Assembly: GCF_006345805.1 (NCBI RefSeq)
Contig: NC_043018.1
Location: forward strand, 11,222,001 to 11,286,000
Direction: 5' to 3'
DNA: 64,000 nucleotides
Source: Octopus sinensis
Taxonomy: Eukaryota
Made by a program: the position numbers and the translations under genes. Positions 48,651-60,469 of this stretch are shown piece after piece. The notes under the pieces were generated by a model. It was given only the letters and a program-made list of their open reading frames with translations, made no database searches and was not told where the DNA came from. Each line of letters opens with the position of its first letter. The stretch's first letter is position 1.

Positions 48651-48694
48651 GCACCTGATGAATGTACTTATGTACGTGAAACTGTTAGTAGTGC
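48651..48694 (+). ncRNA. Minimal type I hammerhead ribozyme with canonical core, sense to the RNF41 intron
   Basis: GCAC-CUGAUGA-AUGUAC-UUAU-GUACGU-GAAA-CU-GUU-AG-UA-GUGC: stem I GCAC/GUGC, stem II AUGUAC/GUACGU (one G-U), stem III ACU/AGU, GUA cleavage triplet ending at 48690. Confidence 0.82.
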
Positions 48695-48717
48695 ATTAAT
48701 GCATGTATATATATATG

Positions 48718-48822
48718 TAGGTGCAATGGCCCAGTGGTTAAGGCAGCGGACTCGCGGTCATAGGATCGCGGTTTGATTCCCAGACCGGGTGTTGTGAGTG
48801 TTTATTGAGCGAAAACTTTAAG
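48718..48822 (+). mobile_element. tRNA-Arg-derived SINE head (truncated)
   Basis: ggtgcaatggcccagtggttaaggcagcggactcgcggtc...gtttgattcccagaccggg; same family as 13880-14052. Confidence 0.75.
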
Positions 48823-49794
48823 GAGAACTTTAATAAAATGTTCTCAGTATTATCTGGAGCAAAACCAAGGCAGCAGGCTGGCAGAGTCGTTTCTGTGCCA
48901 GGCAAAATACTTAGTAGCATTTCATTCATCTTTACATTCTGAGTTCAAATTCCATCAAGGTCAGCTTTGTCTATCATCCTTTTGGGGTTAATGAAATAAG
49001 TACCAGTTGAGAACAGGGGTCAATGTAATTGACTTGTCCCCCCACCCTCACCCCTGAAATTGCTGGCCTTGTGCCAAAAGTTGAGATCAGTATTATCCAG
49101 AGTGAATAAATAAAGCTTGGTTGTTTTGTTTTGTTTTTTTATCTTGTTTCAATCATTTGGCTGCAGCCATGCTGGAGCACTGCCTTGAAAGGTTTTAGTC
49201 AAACAAATCAACTCCAGGACTTTTTTTTTTAAGTCTAGTACTTACTCTGTTGATCTCTTTTGCTGAACCACTAAGTTATGGGGATATAAACACACCAATA
49301 TCAGCTGTCAAGCAATAGTGGGGAGCAAACACAGGCACACACAAACACATAACATGGTCTTCTTTTAGTTACTATCTTCCAAATCTACTCACAAGATTTT
49401 TGTTGGCCCGAGGCTATGAAAGAAGGCACTTACCTGAGGTAGCACGCAGTGGGACTGAACCCAAAATCATGTGGTTAAGTATCAAGTTTCTTACCACACA
49501 GCCGCACTTGCGCCCTTTATTGATTTTTAAAAAATTTTTTGCTGGTTTCTAATAACAAGTAAAAGTAAAAATAGTGAAGTTTATTTTTATTGTGTAAAAC
49601 AAAATCAGTAATTTACCAAAGGAAAAGAAATCTTGTTACTGTTTGAGGTGGTACACTAATATTATAAAATATTTTAACCTTATTTCATTTTGTCTGAAAG
49701 CGATGACACTGAAAAATCGATATGGTAAATTTATGACACTAACTTAAAAGGAAGAAAGAAAAAAACTGTTATTGACCATAAGTGTATTAAATCC

Positions 49795-50220
49795 ATAACG
49801 AAAAGTGCGTCTGTTATTTTTACTATCATTGTAGCAGTAGCCTCCCTTGTTCCAGCTAAAAAAAAAATTTGTACGAGAAACGGATTCACGGCGAAATAAC
49901 AACGCAAAGAAAACTAACACACGCGCGCGCGCGCACAAACACGAGACTAATACGTCGAATAAATTAAAAAAATAAAAATACCCAATGGAAACGATGAAAC
50001 CGGTAGGGATGGTACTTTTTAAGGTAAAGAAATAGCAAAATCTCTCTAGGACCCCGTACTACTGATTTCCTCCGCAAAATAGGGATAACGGAGGCCCGTC
50101 GGAGAAAGGAGCCCCGCAAGGTGGTGTTGCTGCTGCAGTGAATGTCGCTGGCTATTCTCCGTCGTTACCATTTGTTTTGGGGGTATCCTCCCCTCCCCGT
50201 TCCATCTTCCACCGCTCTAC
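49795..50220. promoter_or_regulatory. CpG-rich unique island; candidate internal promoter or first-exon region
   Basis: Dense CpGs including (CG)n at 49921-49932, in otherwise CpG-poor non-repeat DNA; no repeat homology recognised. Confidence 0.5.
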
Positions 50221-50329
50221 CCCCTCCTATCTTCTTTTCTTTATCTTTCTCATCTCTCTTCTTTCCTGTAACTTTGTTTTTAAATGCTCTAATAAAATAA
50301 AAGGAAAGATTAAAGAGAATGAAAGTCTT

Positions 50330-51650
50330 GGTGTTGCTGTATGATAAGAAGTTTGCTTCCCAACCACATGGATGCAGGTTCAGTCCTACTGTGTGGCAAC
50401 TTGGGCAAATGTCTTCTACTATAGTCTTTGGGTGAAAAAAACCTTGTGAGTGGATTTGGTGGATGGAAACTGAAAGAAGCCTGTCATGTGTGTGTGTAAA
50501 TATATATATATATATATGTGTATGTATGTATGTATTTATGCATATTTATATATATGTGGCCTGATCAATAAGTATCCGGACTGTTGCCATATGAACAAAA
50601 CTAAAGCACACAGAGTGAAGCTGCTTGGCACAGATTGACCTTGGACTCTGCTGTTCATATGCAATAAGTTTTAACATTCTAGTTCACTTCCACTGTTTGC
50701 AGCAGTGCTTGGAAGGAAGGTGTGTAGCATGTGATTGTCACATTGACCATGACAGAGAAAGTTGAGCAGAGAATGTGCATCAAATTTTGCCAAAAGCTTG
50801 GCGATATCTGCTCAGTAGCCTACGCAAGGTTTACAAAAAGTTTTCATTGTTCTCAACACAATCAAGATCTTGTGCAACTGAAACCCGAGTGTCTTTTTGG
50901 TCAGCTGAAAGCAGTTTTGGCACAAACTTGGCAGACGTGCGCCTCATAGCCAAATCTTCAGTGATAATGAACTGAACTGAATCGTAACTAATCTGCATAT
51001 TCTCTGATGACTCATGGTTGGTGATTCAACGATTTTCCCTCACAGCTGCATGCACATCTATGATGTTTTCCTCAGTTCTGCTGGTTGTGGGTCTCCTAGA
51101 ATGTTCGTCAATATCATAATTTTCTCAGCCACCTTGGAAACGGCTGAACCACTCATACACTTGCATGCAGCTCATTCACTCCTCTCCATCCACTTTGGAT
51201 AGGCCTCTGAGCAGGTATCACCATGACAACTTTCTCTGTCATGGTCAATGTGACTATCACATGCTACACACCTTCCTTCCAAGCACTGCTGTAAACAGCA
51301 GAAGTGAGCTAGAATGTTAAAACTTTGTTGCAATGCACAGCAGAGTTCAAGGTCAATCTGTGCCAAGCGGCTTCACTCTGTATGCTTTAGCTTTGTTACT
51401 ATGGCAAGAATCCGGATACTTATTGATCAGACCTCCTCTGTGTGTGTCTTTGTCTCTTTGTTTGTCCCCTCACCACGCTGGTGTGTTTATGTCCCTGTAA
51501 TTTAGTGGTTCAGCAAAAGAGCCTGATAAAATAAGTACCAGGCTTTAAATAATAAGCACTGGGGTCGACTCACTCGATTAAAATCTCGCCAAGGTGGTGC
51601 CCCAGCATGGCCACAGTCTAATGACTGAAACAAGTAAAAGATGAAAGATA
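50330..51650 (+). mobile_element. CORE-type SINE split by a mariner insertion in its internal microsatellite
   Basis: Head and CORE at 50330-50490, (TA)n, mariner at 50555-51434, then the tail at 51440-51650. Confidence 0.85.
50555..51434 (-). mobile_element. Non-autonomous two-left-end mariner (copy 2, opposite orientation)
   Basis: Colinear reverse complement of 3721-4598; left arm encodes MTEKVEQRMCIKFCQKLGDICSVAYA (ORF 50731-50949). Confidence 0.9.
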
Positions 51651-52139
51651 AAAAAGATAGTCCCCGAAACTAAAAACTGGATTATGACACATCATAAGAT
51701 GTTCATTGCTATAACATATCTCACAGTTCACAGATGCTTTCTACTCTTCCAGTATGACTTCACTTATTGCTTGTTCTAATCACGCACACACACTTCTACA
51801 CAGATGCATTATATTATTACCTTCACTCCTTAACTCTTTTTATAGGTGCAGCCATGGCTATTTGGTTGAGAAGTTCACTTCCCAACCATGTGGTTTTAGG
51901 TTTACTCTCACTTTGTGGCACCTTAGGCAACTGGCTTCCATAGTTGCAAGTCAATCAAAGCTTTGTTAGTGAATTTGGTAAAATAAAACTAAAAGGAGTG
52001 TGTGTGTGTTTGCGTGCACATATGGGTGTGTTTAGTATTTTTTTTATTATTCACTTTGAAAGAATGAAAGACAAATTAGGCCATAGATTTGAACTTGAAG
52101 CACAGTGAGTCTAAACAAACCAATTTGCTACTTTGATGT

Positions 52140-52345
52140 ACATGCATTCACCATTTTACACATGCATGTATATACACAAACACATATATACTCTCCATTA
52201 TATGTATGTGTGCCCCACCATTATATATACATGTATCCACTATTGTATACACACACATAGGTATCCACTTGTGTATATATATGTATTCACCATTATACAC
52301 ACACATGTATTCACCATTATATATACATGTATTTACCAATATATC
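52140..52345. repeat. Degenerate ~22-24-bp minisatellite (catgtattcaccattatatata-like)
   Basis: Directly visible. Confidence 0.75.
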
Positions 52346-52399
52346 TGGGGCAGTAGTTAGATTAAAATACAATGTAGGTTAAAGGTGTATTATATACAC

Positions 52400-52900
52400 C
52401 CATATTCTGTGCAGTTTGATGGTGTCTCTGGTTTCTCAGCTTCCCAGTATCATAACGATGTTGAAGATTCTGCCATGTAATATATCGGATGATTGTGGAA
52501 CAGCAACCGTACAGACATGATGGCTAGCAGAATCTCTGTTGCTGAGATAATAGCAGACATCAATACTCTCTGCCAATTAATTACAACATTGATTAGAGAG
52601 AGAGCTGGGTGTTGTAGAAGTTTGAATTACACCCCAGACATTGCTCCAACTGTGACTCATAAAGTTTGGTTTTATCAGATAATGCTATTAATTTCAGCTG
52701 AGCTTATCCGAAATATCTCATGTCCTACAAACAATCATTCCTGCCCCTGTGATATCATGATGTCATGTTGGGTGCATGCATAGAGGCAACATCTGTCGGA
52801 TGTGAGACATGACTAAAGAACCATTATGGTTCCATTTGTTTACAGGCTGCATGTTTCATGGCACGAGCATTAGAGAGTTTGTATAGTCCTAGGATGAGCA
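52400..52900 (-). mobile_element. Highly degenerate Tc1-like transposase remnant
   Basis: Frameshifted minus-strand pieces LIALSDKTKL, NVWGVI, INWQRY and FHNHP follow the Tc1 motif order; weak. Confidence 0.35.
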
Positions 52901-54816
52901 CATTGTTCAAGGAGGAAATTAGGAGAAAGAGCGAGAGAGAGAGAGTGAGAGAGCGAGAGTAACAATGTCAGAGAGGCCAGAGTGAGTGAGTGGCAGGAAC
53001 AGAAATAGGATGTGCAAGGCAGGGTTCTTAGGGGTTTGGTTTGGAGGTGGCTTTGGGGATTGGCAACAGCAGTAAGTGTGGCTGATGAGATAAGAGTAAG
53101 GGTAAATCTTTTATTTTTTACTTGTTTCAGTTATAAGACTGAGGCCATGCTGGAGCACCACCTTCAGTTTTTAGTTGACTGAATCAACCCCAGGACTTAG
53201 TTTTTTAAGTCTGGTACTTATTCTGTTGGCTCCTTTATCCGAACCACTTAGTGATGGGGATGCAAACACACCAACACTAGTTGTCAACACACACACACAC
53301 ACACACACACAACTGGCTTCTTTCAGTCTTTGTTTGCCAAATCCACTCGTAAGATTTTTGTTGGGCTGAGGCTATAGTAGAAGACACTTGTCCAAGGTGC
53401 CATGCAGTGGGACTGAACCTGGAACCATGCGATTGGGAAGCAAGCTTCTTTACCACACAACCACCTTATCTTCAGAGATGTTATCTACAGGTTAAAAATG
53501 TTATTACAGAAGGTTTTAAAATAAAGGTTCCTTGTTTGAACCCATTGTATAATTGCACATCTAAGAATAAAGACACCTGATGATGATGATGATGACAATG
53601 TTTCCATGTCATAAAGACAAGGTCAATAACCTGAAATACTGCAGCCCCATGGTCCATATTTCTGTAGTTTTACTACTCTAATGACTCTATCAGTTCACTG
53701 CTTTATCTAGGATTATATCATCCAATGTGTCCTTCGTAATCTAAGATGGCAGAGCATGATTCAAGAAATAATTGGTTGCCATTTCTAGACAATCAAGCAA
53801 TCACAGAGGCATCATTCATTGATTCCTAGCTGTGACCTTTTGATTGAATAGGTTAAGGGACTCGCTCCACAGTGAACAAAGTTCATGTTTTGGTTGTTAT
53901 TTTCCAATTGTTAATTAGTCTTTAAAACTGTCTTCAGATTCTCCAGACACACTGAAACTATTTCCATAATATAGGTTGTTCTTTTCTTTTTTTCCCCTTG
54001 TTAAGTAGATTCTTGTTGCCATGGTTTCACTACTAGTTGTACTGTCAGAAATGTTTCCACCCTGATTGTCCTTTATTGGCGTCGGGTATATGTGTGTGTA
54101 CCTTTGTTCATTGGTTTGTGTGTGTGAGAGAGAGAGATTGAGATCTGATGCTATACATTTTAAATACTTTTAGAAATTAATAAGTAATTATGGTGACAGG
54201 CAAAAAAGCTAAATCTGATTACAATGCGCTTGACATAAATTATGACATGGAATGTCGTTATTTTTATTCATTCGTGTGTGTGTGTGTGTTGATATCTGTA
54301 ATTTATGTACTTATTTAATTATTTTATTTATTTATTCTGTTTAATTTGATCAGACAGATGGAACCATTTTGTATTTGATTTTTCATTTTCTCCTGAAATT
54401 GAACAGCTAATCCTAATCTTATAATGGCTTTTTCCATAGCCTCAGGCTGGAATCTAGTTTTCCGAGAACACAGGAAAAGAAATATAAGTCAATTCATTTG
54501 CTATCTGTATGGGAAGGAGGTCTGGCTCTGCAATTTGTTCGTAGTAAAGACATGCAAACTCACTAATGGTGGCGGTGGTTCTTTTACTTCATCTTCTCTT
54601 CTTCTGCTTTCTTCTTTTTCTTCATGTTCTTAGCTTCCTCCTCCTCCTCCTTCTTTTCCTTTCTTTCTTTCTTTCTTTTTTTTCATTTCCTCCTCCTCCT
54701 GTTATTACAGAGATGGATTCTGTTTTCAGTCCCCACACTCTTGTTATCTCTATTTTCTGATCCTTACATATTGATATAATTTCTCCTTTTCTTTTAGAAA
54801 AACAAACACACCCCCA

Positions 54817-55657
54817 CACATCCTGGGTGTGATGGGTAAACTGTCACCATTTTATATTTTTAATTTTGCACATGTGCATTGTTTGTTTTTAATTTTGTCG
54901 ACTACGCAGCATAGTAGGGTCAGTTGGGCACCATCTGTGAAAAAAACAGCATCATGATGCAATTCACTCAGCCAGAAATTTAGAAACAATATGCTGTACT
55001 GCTTGGCATTCATGCTGGAAGCTCCAATATGATCATTTCAGAGTGTTTGTGTGTCAATCTGAGGACGACGCAACCTGAGGACATGTACCAAGAGTGATAA
55101 AAATCAAACATCCAGTCAACATCACGGTGTTTGGAGTGATCACTAGTGATGGCGATGTTATACCGCCATTCATCTTCCCACATGGCCTCACACTCAACAC
55201 AGAGGCCTACATCAAGTGCCTGGTGGAGGTAGTGCTGTCCTGGGTCAAGAGGGCGGCTGCTGGAAGACCCTATGTTTGACACCAGGACTGCACCACGCCA
55301 CACAAGCAGAACCCAGTCATGGTTCTCAGACAATTTCTGCAACCACATCACCCCTAACATCTGGCCACCTAACTCCCCAGACTGCAATCCCTCCCTTGAT
55401 TATTATGTGTGGGGTGCAGTTGAGCAAGAGACCAATAAAACTCCTTGTAACACCAAAGATGAACTGAAGCCAAAGATTATGGCAGTGTTCACCAACTTAA
55501 ACAAGGAGACTGTCCAGAAGAGTTACAGGAGACTCCTAAGTCATCTGGAGGGCATGGTTGAAGACAATGGCTATTTTATTGGATAAATTTACATAAAAAT
55601 ATCTGTTAAATGAGATGTCAGTGTTATTTTCATTTTTGCGTAATTTAGGCAGCAGTT
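54817..55657 (+). mobile_element. Internally deleted maT/DD37D-like (Tc1/mariner superfamily) transposon
   Basis: VFGVITSDGDVIPPFIFPHGL...GRPYV*HQD...WPPNSPDCNP.LDYYVWGAVEQ...LEGMVEDNGYFI; degenerate TIRs. Confidence 0.8.
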
Positions 55658-55981
55658 TATTAACCTACCCTCTGTGTATGTGTGTGTGAATGTAGTGTCT
55701 TCCACTGATCTGACCAAACCCTTGTTAGTGGATTTGGTAGATGGAAACTGAAAGAAGCCCAATGTATGTGCATGTACACTTGCCTAGCCATCATGTGATT
55801 GTTGTAAATGAGCATCGCACAAACAAGTTTGTTTGTTTCCAGTCTTCTTTGAAAAATATGGGAAAATATAAAGTTACTTGAGAACAGACAAGCATTGGCA
55901 ATAGCCCCTCTACAAATTCCATCAGACCCATGCAAGCATGGAAAAGGGGACACTAAAACAATGAGGACGACATTGATTTAA

Positions 55982-56200
55982 CCCTTTAGTATTTAATCTG
56001 GCCATGTCGGGCCAAAATATTCCACCCGTTGTATACTCAAACTGGCCAGAACCAGCCCCTCACACGAACCCTACAATATCATTGTAAAAATGAAGTTAGC
56101 TTATCAAAATTTCAAAAGCTACAAAATAATGCATCATTAATTCAAAACAATGTGAATAAATAATCATTACTTTTGACTGAGTAATGTGAATGTTAAAGGA
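55982..56200. mobile_element. piggyBac-type MITE, copy 5
   Basis: TTAA flanks; homologous to 17054-17274. Confidence 0.75.
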
Positions 56201-56928
56201 TTAAGGAAGATTTGGTTGTGTTGCTATCTCTAGCAAGTTGAGTGACCACATTGAGGCTCCCTTTATGTTGTCAGTCATCAGATGTTAAAATTAAAAGCAA
56301 CATTTAATTCGTTTAATTCCTGTAATCTGTCTAGCTGAAAATAGGTGTTTGTGTGCATCAGTGGATGTTTACTTAGGCTTGTTTCCCAGTAACCCATCCG
56401 GCTAAATCAACAAAGTGCTGACCCTTCTAGCTACAGGGTTGGACATTGCCATCCTGTTACTTGCTGCTGCTTAGATGTATCCCTGGTAAAGATGTCTGGT
56501 GCTGACAGACCCTGTTTCCTTATGAGGTACCATGAGGTGATGGAAGACGTGGGAGTGAAGTTCACAATTTTCAGAACCAGTTTTACAAATCTGTTGTTCA
56601 CTTAGTCTACAGTATTCATCATCATCAACATCGACAACAACAAACACAACATTTAACATCTGCTTTCCATGCTGGCATGGATTGGACAGCTAGGCAGGAA
56701 CTGGCAAGGACAGGAGCCACACAGGTCTCATAGTCTGTTTTGGTTTGGTCTCTACAGCTGGATGCCCTTCCTAAAATGCCAACCACTTTACAGAGTGTAC
56801 TGGGTGCTTTTTACGTGGTGCCATCACCAGTGCTTTTCACATGGCACCAGTGTTACATATATATTTTCTCACATGTATGTGTGTGTATACACTTGTGTAT
56901 ATGTGTGTGTGTACAAGAAGGTGTTATA

Positions 56929-57768
56929 TATTGAGTTGAGGAATAATTCATGAGCATTTTTTTTTTCAAATTTATTTTAAACAAAAAAACTACAACAAAT
57001 TAATTAATAATATACTATCTGTTGTTGTTGTTTACGACTTCCTGCTGCTGTTTGTCGATGCCTAAGCAATAGAAATCTCCCGGTCTTGACTCAAAGAATT
57101 TGTCCAGCTGAGCCCTCCATTCCACATCATTATTGAACAATGTACCATGCAAAGTGTTCGAAAGGGATGAAAATCTAATGGTGCCAAGTCTGGAAAGTAT
57201 GGAGGATGAGGTAGCACTTCCCATTGAGTTCTTGAATCGCAGCTTTGGCCATATTGGCGATGTGAACCTTGCAGATTGAGTGAAGGTGGTTCACCACAGT
57301 TTTTTTATCACAATCCATCTGCTCTGCCAATTTCCTGGTCGTTTGACATGATTTTTCATGAAGAAGTTGATTCAGTCTCTCTTCATCGAACTCAGTTAGT
57401 TGACCAGTGTGCGATCCGTTCTTGAGGTAAAAATTCCCATTTTTGAAGTGCGGAAACCAATAGCGGGTGGTACTTTGAGGCATTATTCCTTCTCCATACA
57501 CAACACAAATCTCACAAGCAGCTTCAGTGACTTCGATTAAATGCAAAAAGCAAATGGTGTCAAAAATGCTCAGTTTTGTCCTCTTGATATTCCATTTTAA
57601 TGATCTGAAAATACACAAAAATCAATAAAATTAAAAAATCAAAACACACTAACTTGTAGAGCAAAAAATTCTCTTTTAAGTAACATTAAACATTTTGCCG
57701 ATGCCTTTTATTTCTGTTTGCATTTTTAAATTTGAAAAAAACGCTCATGAATTTTCTTCAAACCAATA
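56929..57768 (-). mobile_element. Internally deleted mariner element
   Basis: TA-flanked TIRs tattgagttgaggaataattcatgagc / gctcatgaattttcttcaaaccaata; ORF 57175-57618 with YWFPHFKNGNF...FDEERLNQLL; C-terminal WRAQLDKFFESRPGDFY. Confidence 0.85.
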
Positions 57769-57780
57769 TATGCAAACACA

Positions 57781-57827
<47 letters not shown>

Positions 57828-58730
57828 GCAAGGCTGTGGGGTTGAGTACTTTGCTTTGCACCCACATAATCTAAAGTTTGGTCTCACTGCATGCTATCTT
57901 TGGCAACTCTCTTCAACTACCTCCATGACTATCCCATCTCACTCTGTACCTGAGACCACATTGTCTAAGTTGTGCATTTTTATTAAAAATGGTAGCATAT
58001 CATTGAAGGTAATTTTGGTTACCATTTCTAGCAGGACAAGAGACCACAACATAGCAATGCCTTTATTGGTAGGTGACATATGTTGGGATCTATAATGAAA
58101 GCTTTAATTGGGATCAATCAACAATCCCTTGCTATCTCATTTGAAATATACAAAATACTTTAGGGTGGTCATGTTTAGAATGTCTTTTGTGATAGGTCTG
58201 CTCGACCAGTATTAACCTGGTGTTAAACAACAGCAACGAAAATAACATTCCAGACCCCCCCCCCCCAGCCTAACCTATGCTTTGTGTTGACTGAATTACA
58301 AGAAATGAATAAATGAATGTAAGAATCAAAGAATATATCAATTTTAGTTTTTCTTCCGTGTACAAACCTTACCCATTGACCTGACACAGTCAAGGACCTA
58401 TAGATTGGTAAAACAAAATAAGACAAAAAAAATTGATTGATTTTATTGCATTTTCTTATATAAATTTTTCCCCACCCTGTTTTTTTCTTTGGGTTTTTTT
58501 TTCTATGAACGGCATTTTTCTTTCCATATTCTAACGCAATGGTAACATGAAATTTTTTCTATTTTTGTCTTTTACTTGTTTCAGTCATCAGACTACGACC
58601 ATACTTGGGCACCACCTTTAAGAATTTTTAGTCGAATGAATCACCCCACCCAGTTCTTATGTTTTTGAGCCTAGTACTTAGATAAAAAAAATATATGTAG
58701 CTCTTCACTAACAATTTAGCCACCCTGTTA

Positions 58731-59208
58731 TACAGGATGTCCCACAATTAACTATTTCAAAGAAATTGGGCAAGTTTTAAAAGAACTGACAGAATTTTAT
58801 TATGTTTATTACTTAATTATAATACCAAAAGAAATAGATTTATGTGAAAACTTTATTGAAAATTTTCAGCATGTGCTCCATCTGTATCTCTACAAATTTC
58901 AAATCTGTCCTTAGCATTGTGATACACCCTTTGAAGCATTTCAGAACTTATCTCCTGCACTGCTTACTGAATGCATCCTTTAAGTTCAGCTAAACTATTG
59001 CTCCATCATCCTGAGGATGGAGAAAACAATTGCAGCCAAATTGAAAACAAACTGCCATGGATGGATAAGTGGAGCCAACAAGAATAAACATAAAATCATT
59101 AAAAAAACCCTACGAAGATTATAAAATGATAAACATAAATAAGAGTTTTTTTGTTTTTTTTAAATTTCCAATCACTGAAATAGATAGTTAATTCTGGGAC
59201 ACCCTGTG
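58731..59208 (-). mobile_element. Tc1/mariner-derived MITE with a transposase C-terminal remnant
   Basis: TIRs tacaggatgtcccacaattaacta / tagttaattctgggacaccctgtgta; minus strand reads AVQEISSEMLQRVYHNAKDRFEICRDTDGAH. Confidence 0.7.
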
Positions 59209-60247
59209 TATGAATGTTTTGTAAACTTATATTCCAAACATCACCTAATAACAAATAAGATAGTCCTTTCAGTAGTTCCCTTCAAATTCTTGATTATTTT
59301 CAAAATTAATTGAAACAAGAACTGGAAATTCACTACAAATCTGTTACAAAAAAGTTAAAATTACATTTGGATAATGTAGCTCTAAAAGTGTTGTCTTAAT
59401 GGAAAAGTCCAGAATGTCATGCTTGGAATGCCTTTGATCACTGGGTCTATACAAAGTTGGGACTAAACAACAACAACAAGGAGCTATATATTACTCACAC
59501 ACGGTTTCTTCTCTCTGCATCTTCTGCTGCTACTAAAACAGTCTTTGTTCCCCTGAACTACTTAACTCTATACACTTCTCCCTCCAGACCTGTTTAACCC
59601 CATTTTGTTCCTTCCCCTTTTAACACCCTTGCTGTGTCTCATCATCCAGATCCTGAACTCAACACATCACTCAGTACTTCCTTCCCAGAACAGCAAGGGA
59701 GGTCCTCTCATATTCTCACCTTTTTTTTTTCCTTTTTACCTGTCGTTCTTCAGATGTTGAACTGAACATTAACTATGTCAACTTCATCAGTCTGGAGGTG
59801 GTGAGGGCTTACACATAGTATGGGCTTGGCCTCCCCTCCTGCCTCTAACTTTGATTTTTAAAAAATTTTTAATAGTATTGATGTATTGATAGTACTTAAC
59901 AATCCTGCCTTCATTATCATCATCATAATCATCATTACCATCTTAATTGTTATCTTCATAGTCATTGCTATTATTTTCATAATTATTATTACTATCTTTG
60001 TAGTCATCATTAGTGTCTTCATAATCATCATCTTCATAATGTTTATTCATATTGTTTTATCATCTTCTTCATCATCATAGTTGTTATCATCATCATCATT
60101 ATCATAGTCATCTCTGTCATCAGCTCCAAGTTCACCATTAATCATCATTTCTCTAATAGAATCCCAGATAAACCCTGACGGAGCAAACCTCCAATCAAAG
60201 ATATTTCAGCCAGAACCATTTCTTTTGTATTTTTAAGACCTCATTAA

Positions 60248-60469
60248 CCCTTTCGTTACCAACCCAGCTGAAACTGCCTCTGGCTCTGTAATACAAATGT
60301 CTTGTTTTTATAAGTTCTGAATTAAAATCTTCCACTAAACCTTAGTCACAATTTATGTTCATAGCACTAGCTGAATGATAACTAAGTTATTTTACTAAAT
60401 TCTTTGTTATATTTAAAATTAATTGAAAGAAACACAGAGCATCTCAAAAGAAATATGGTAACAAAAGGG
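60248..60469. mobile_element. Short piggyBac-type MITE sharing TIRs with 36225-37308
   Basis: TTAA|ccctttcgttacc ... ggtaacaaaaggg|TTAA. Confidence 0.85.

Noticed and set aside
48718-48790. tRNA-Arg(TCG)-like sequence (also 13975-14052, minus strand)
   Set aside because: No proper acceptor stem, and it continues into a shared non-tRNA body, so it is a SINE head
52493-52783. 96-aa plus-strand ORF considered as a downstream RNF41 exon
   Set aside because: No similarity to the expected APxCEHAFC segment; better explained as the antisense of a decayed Tc1-like remnant
59886-60150. Ile-rich hydrophobic ORF
   Set aside because: Degenerate (ATC/ATT)n repeat
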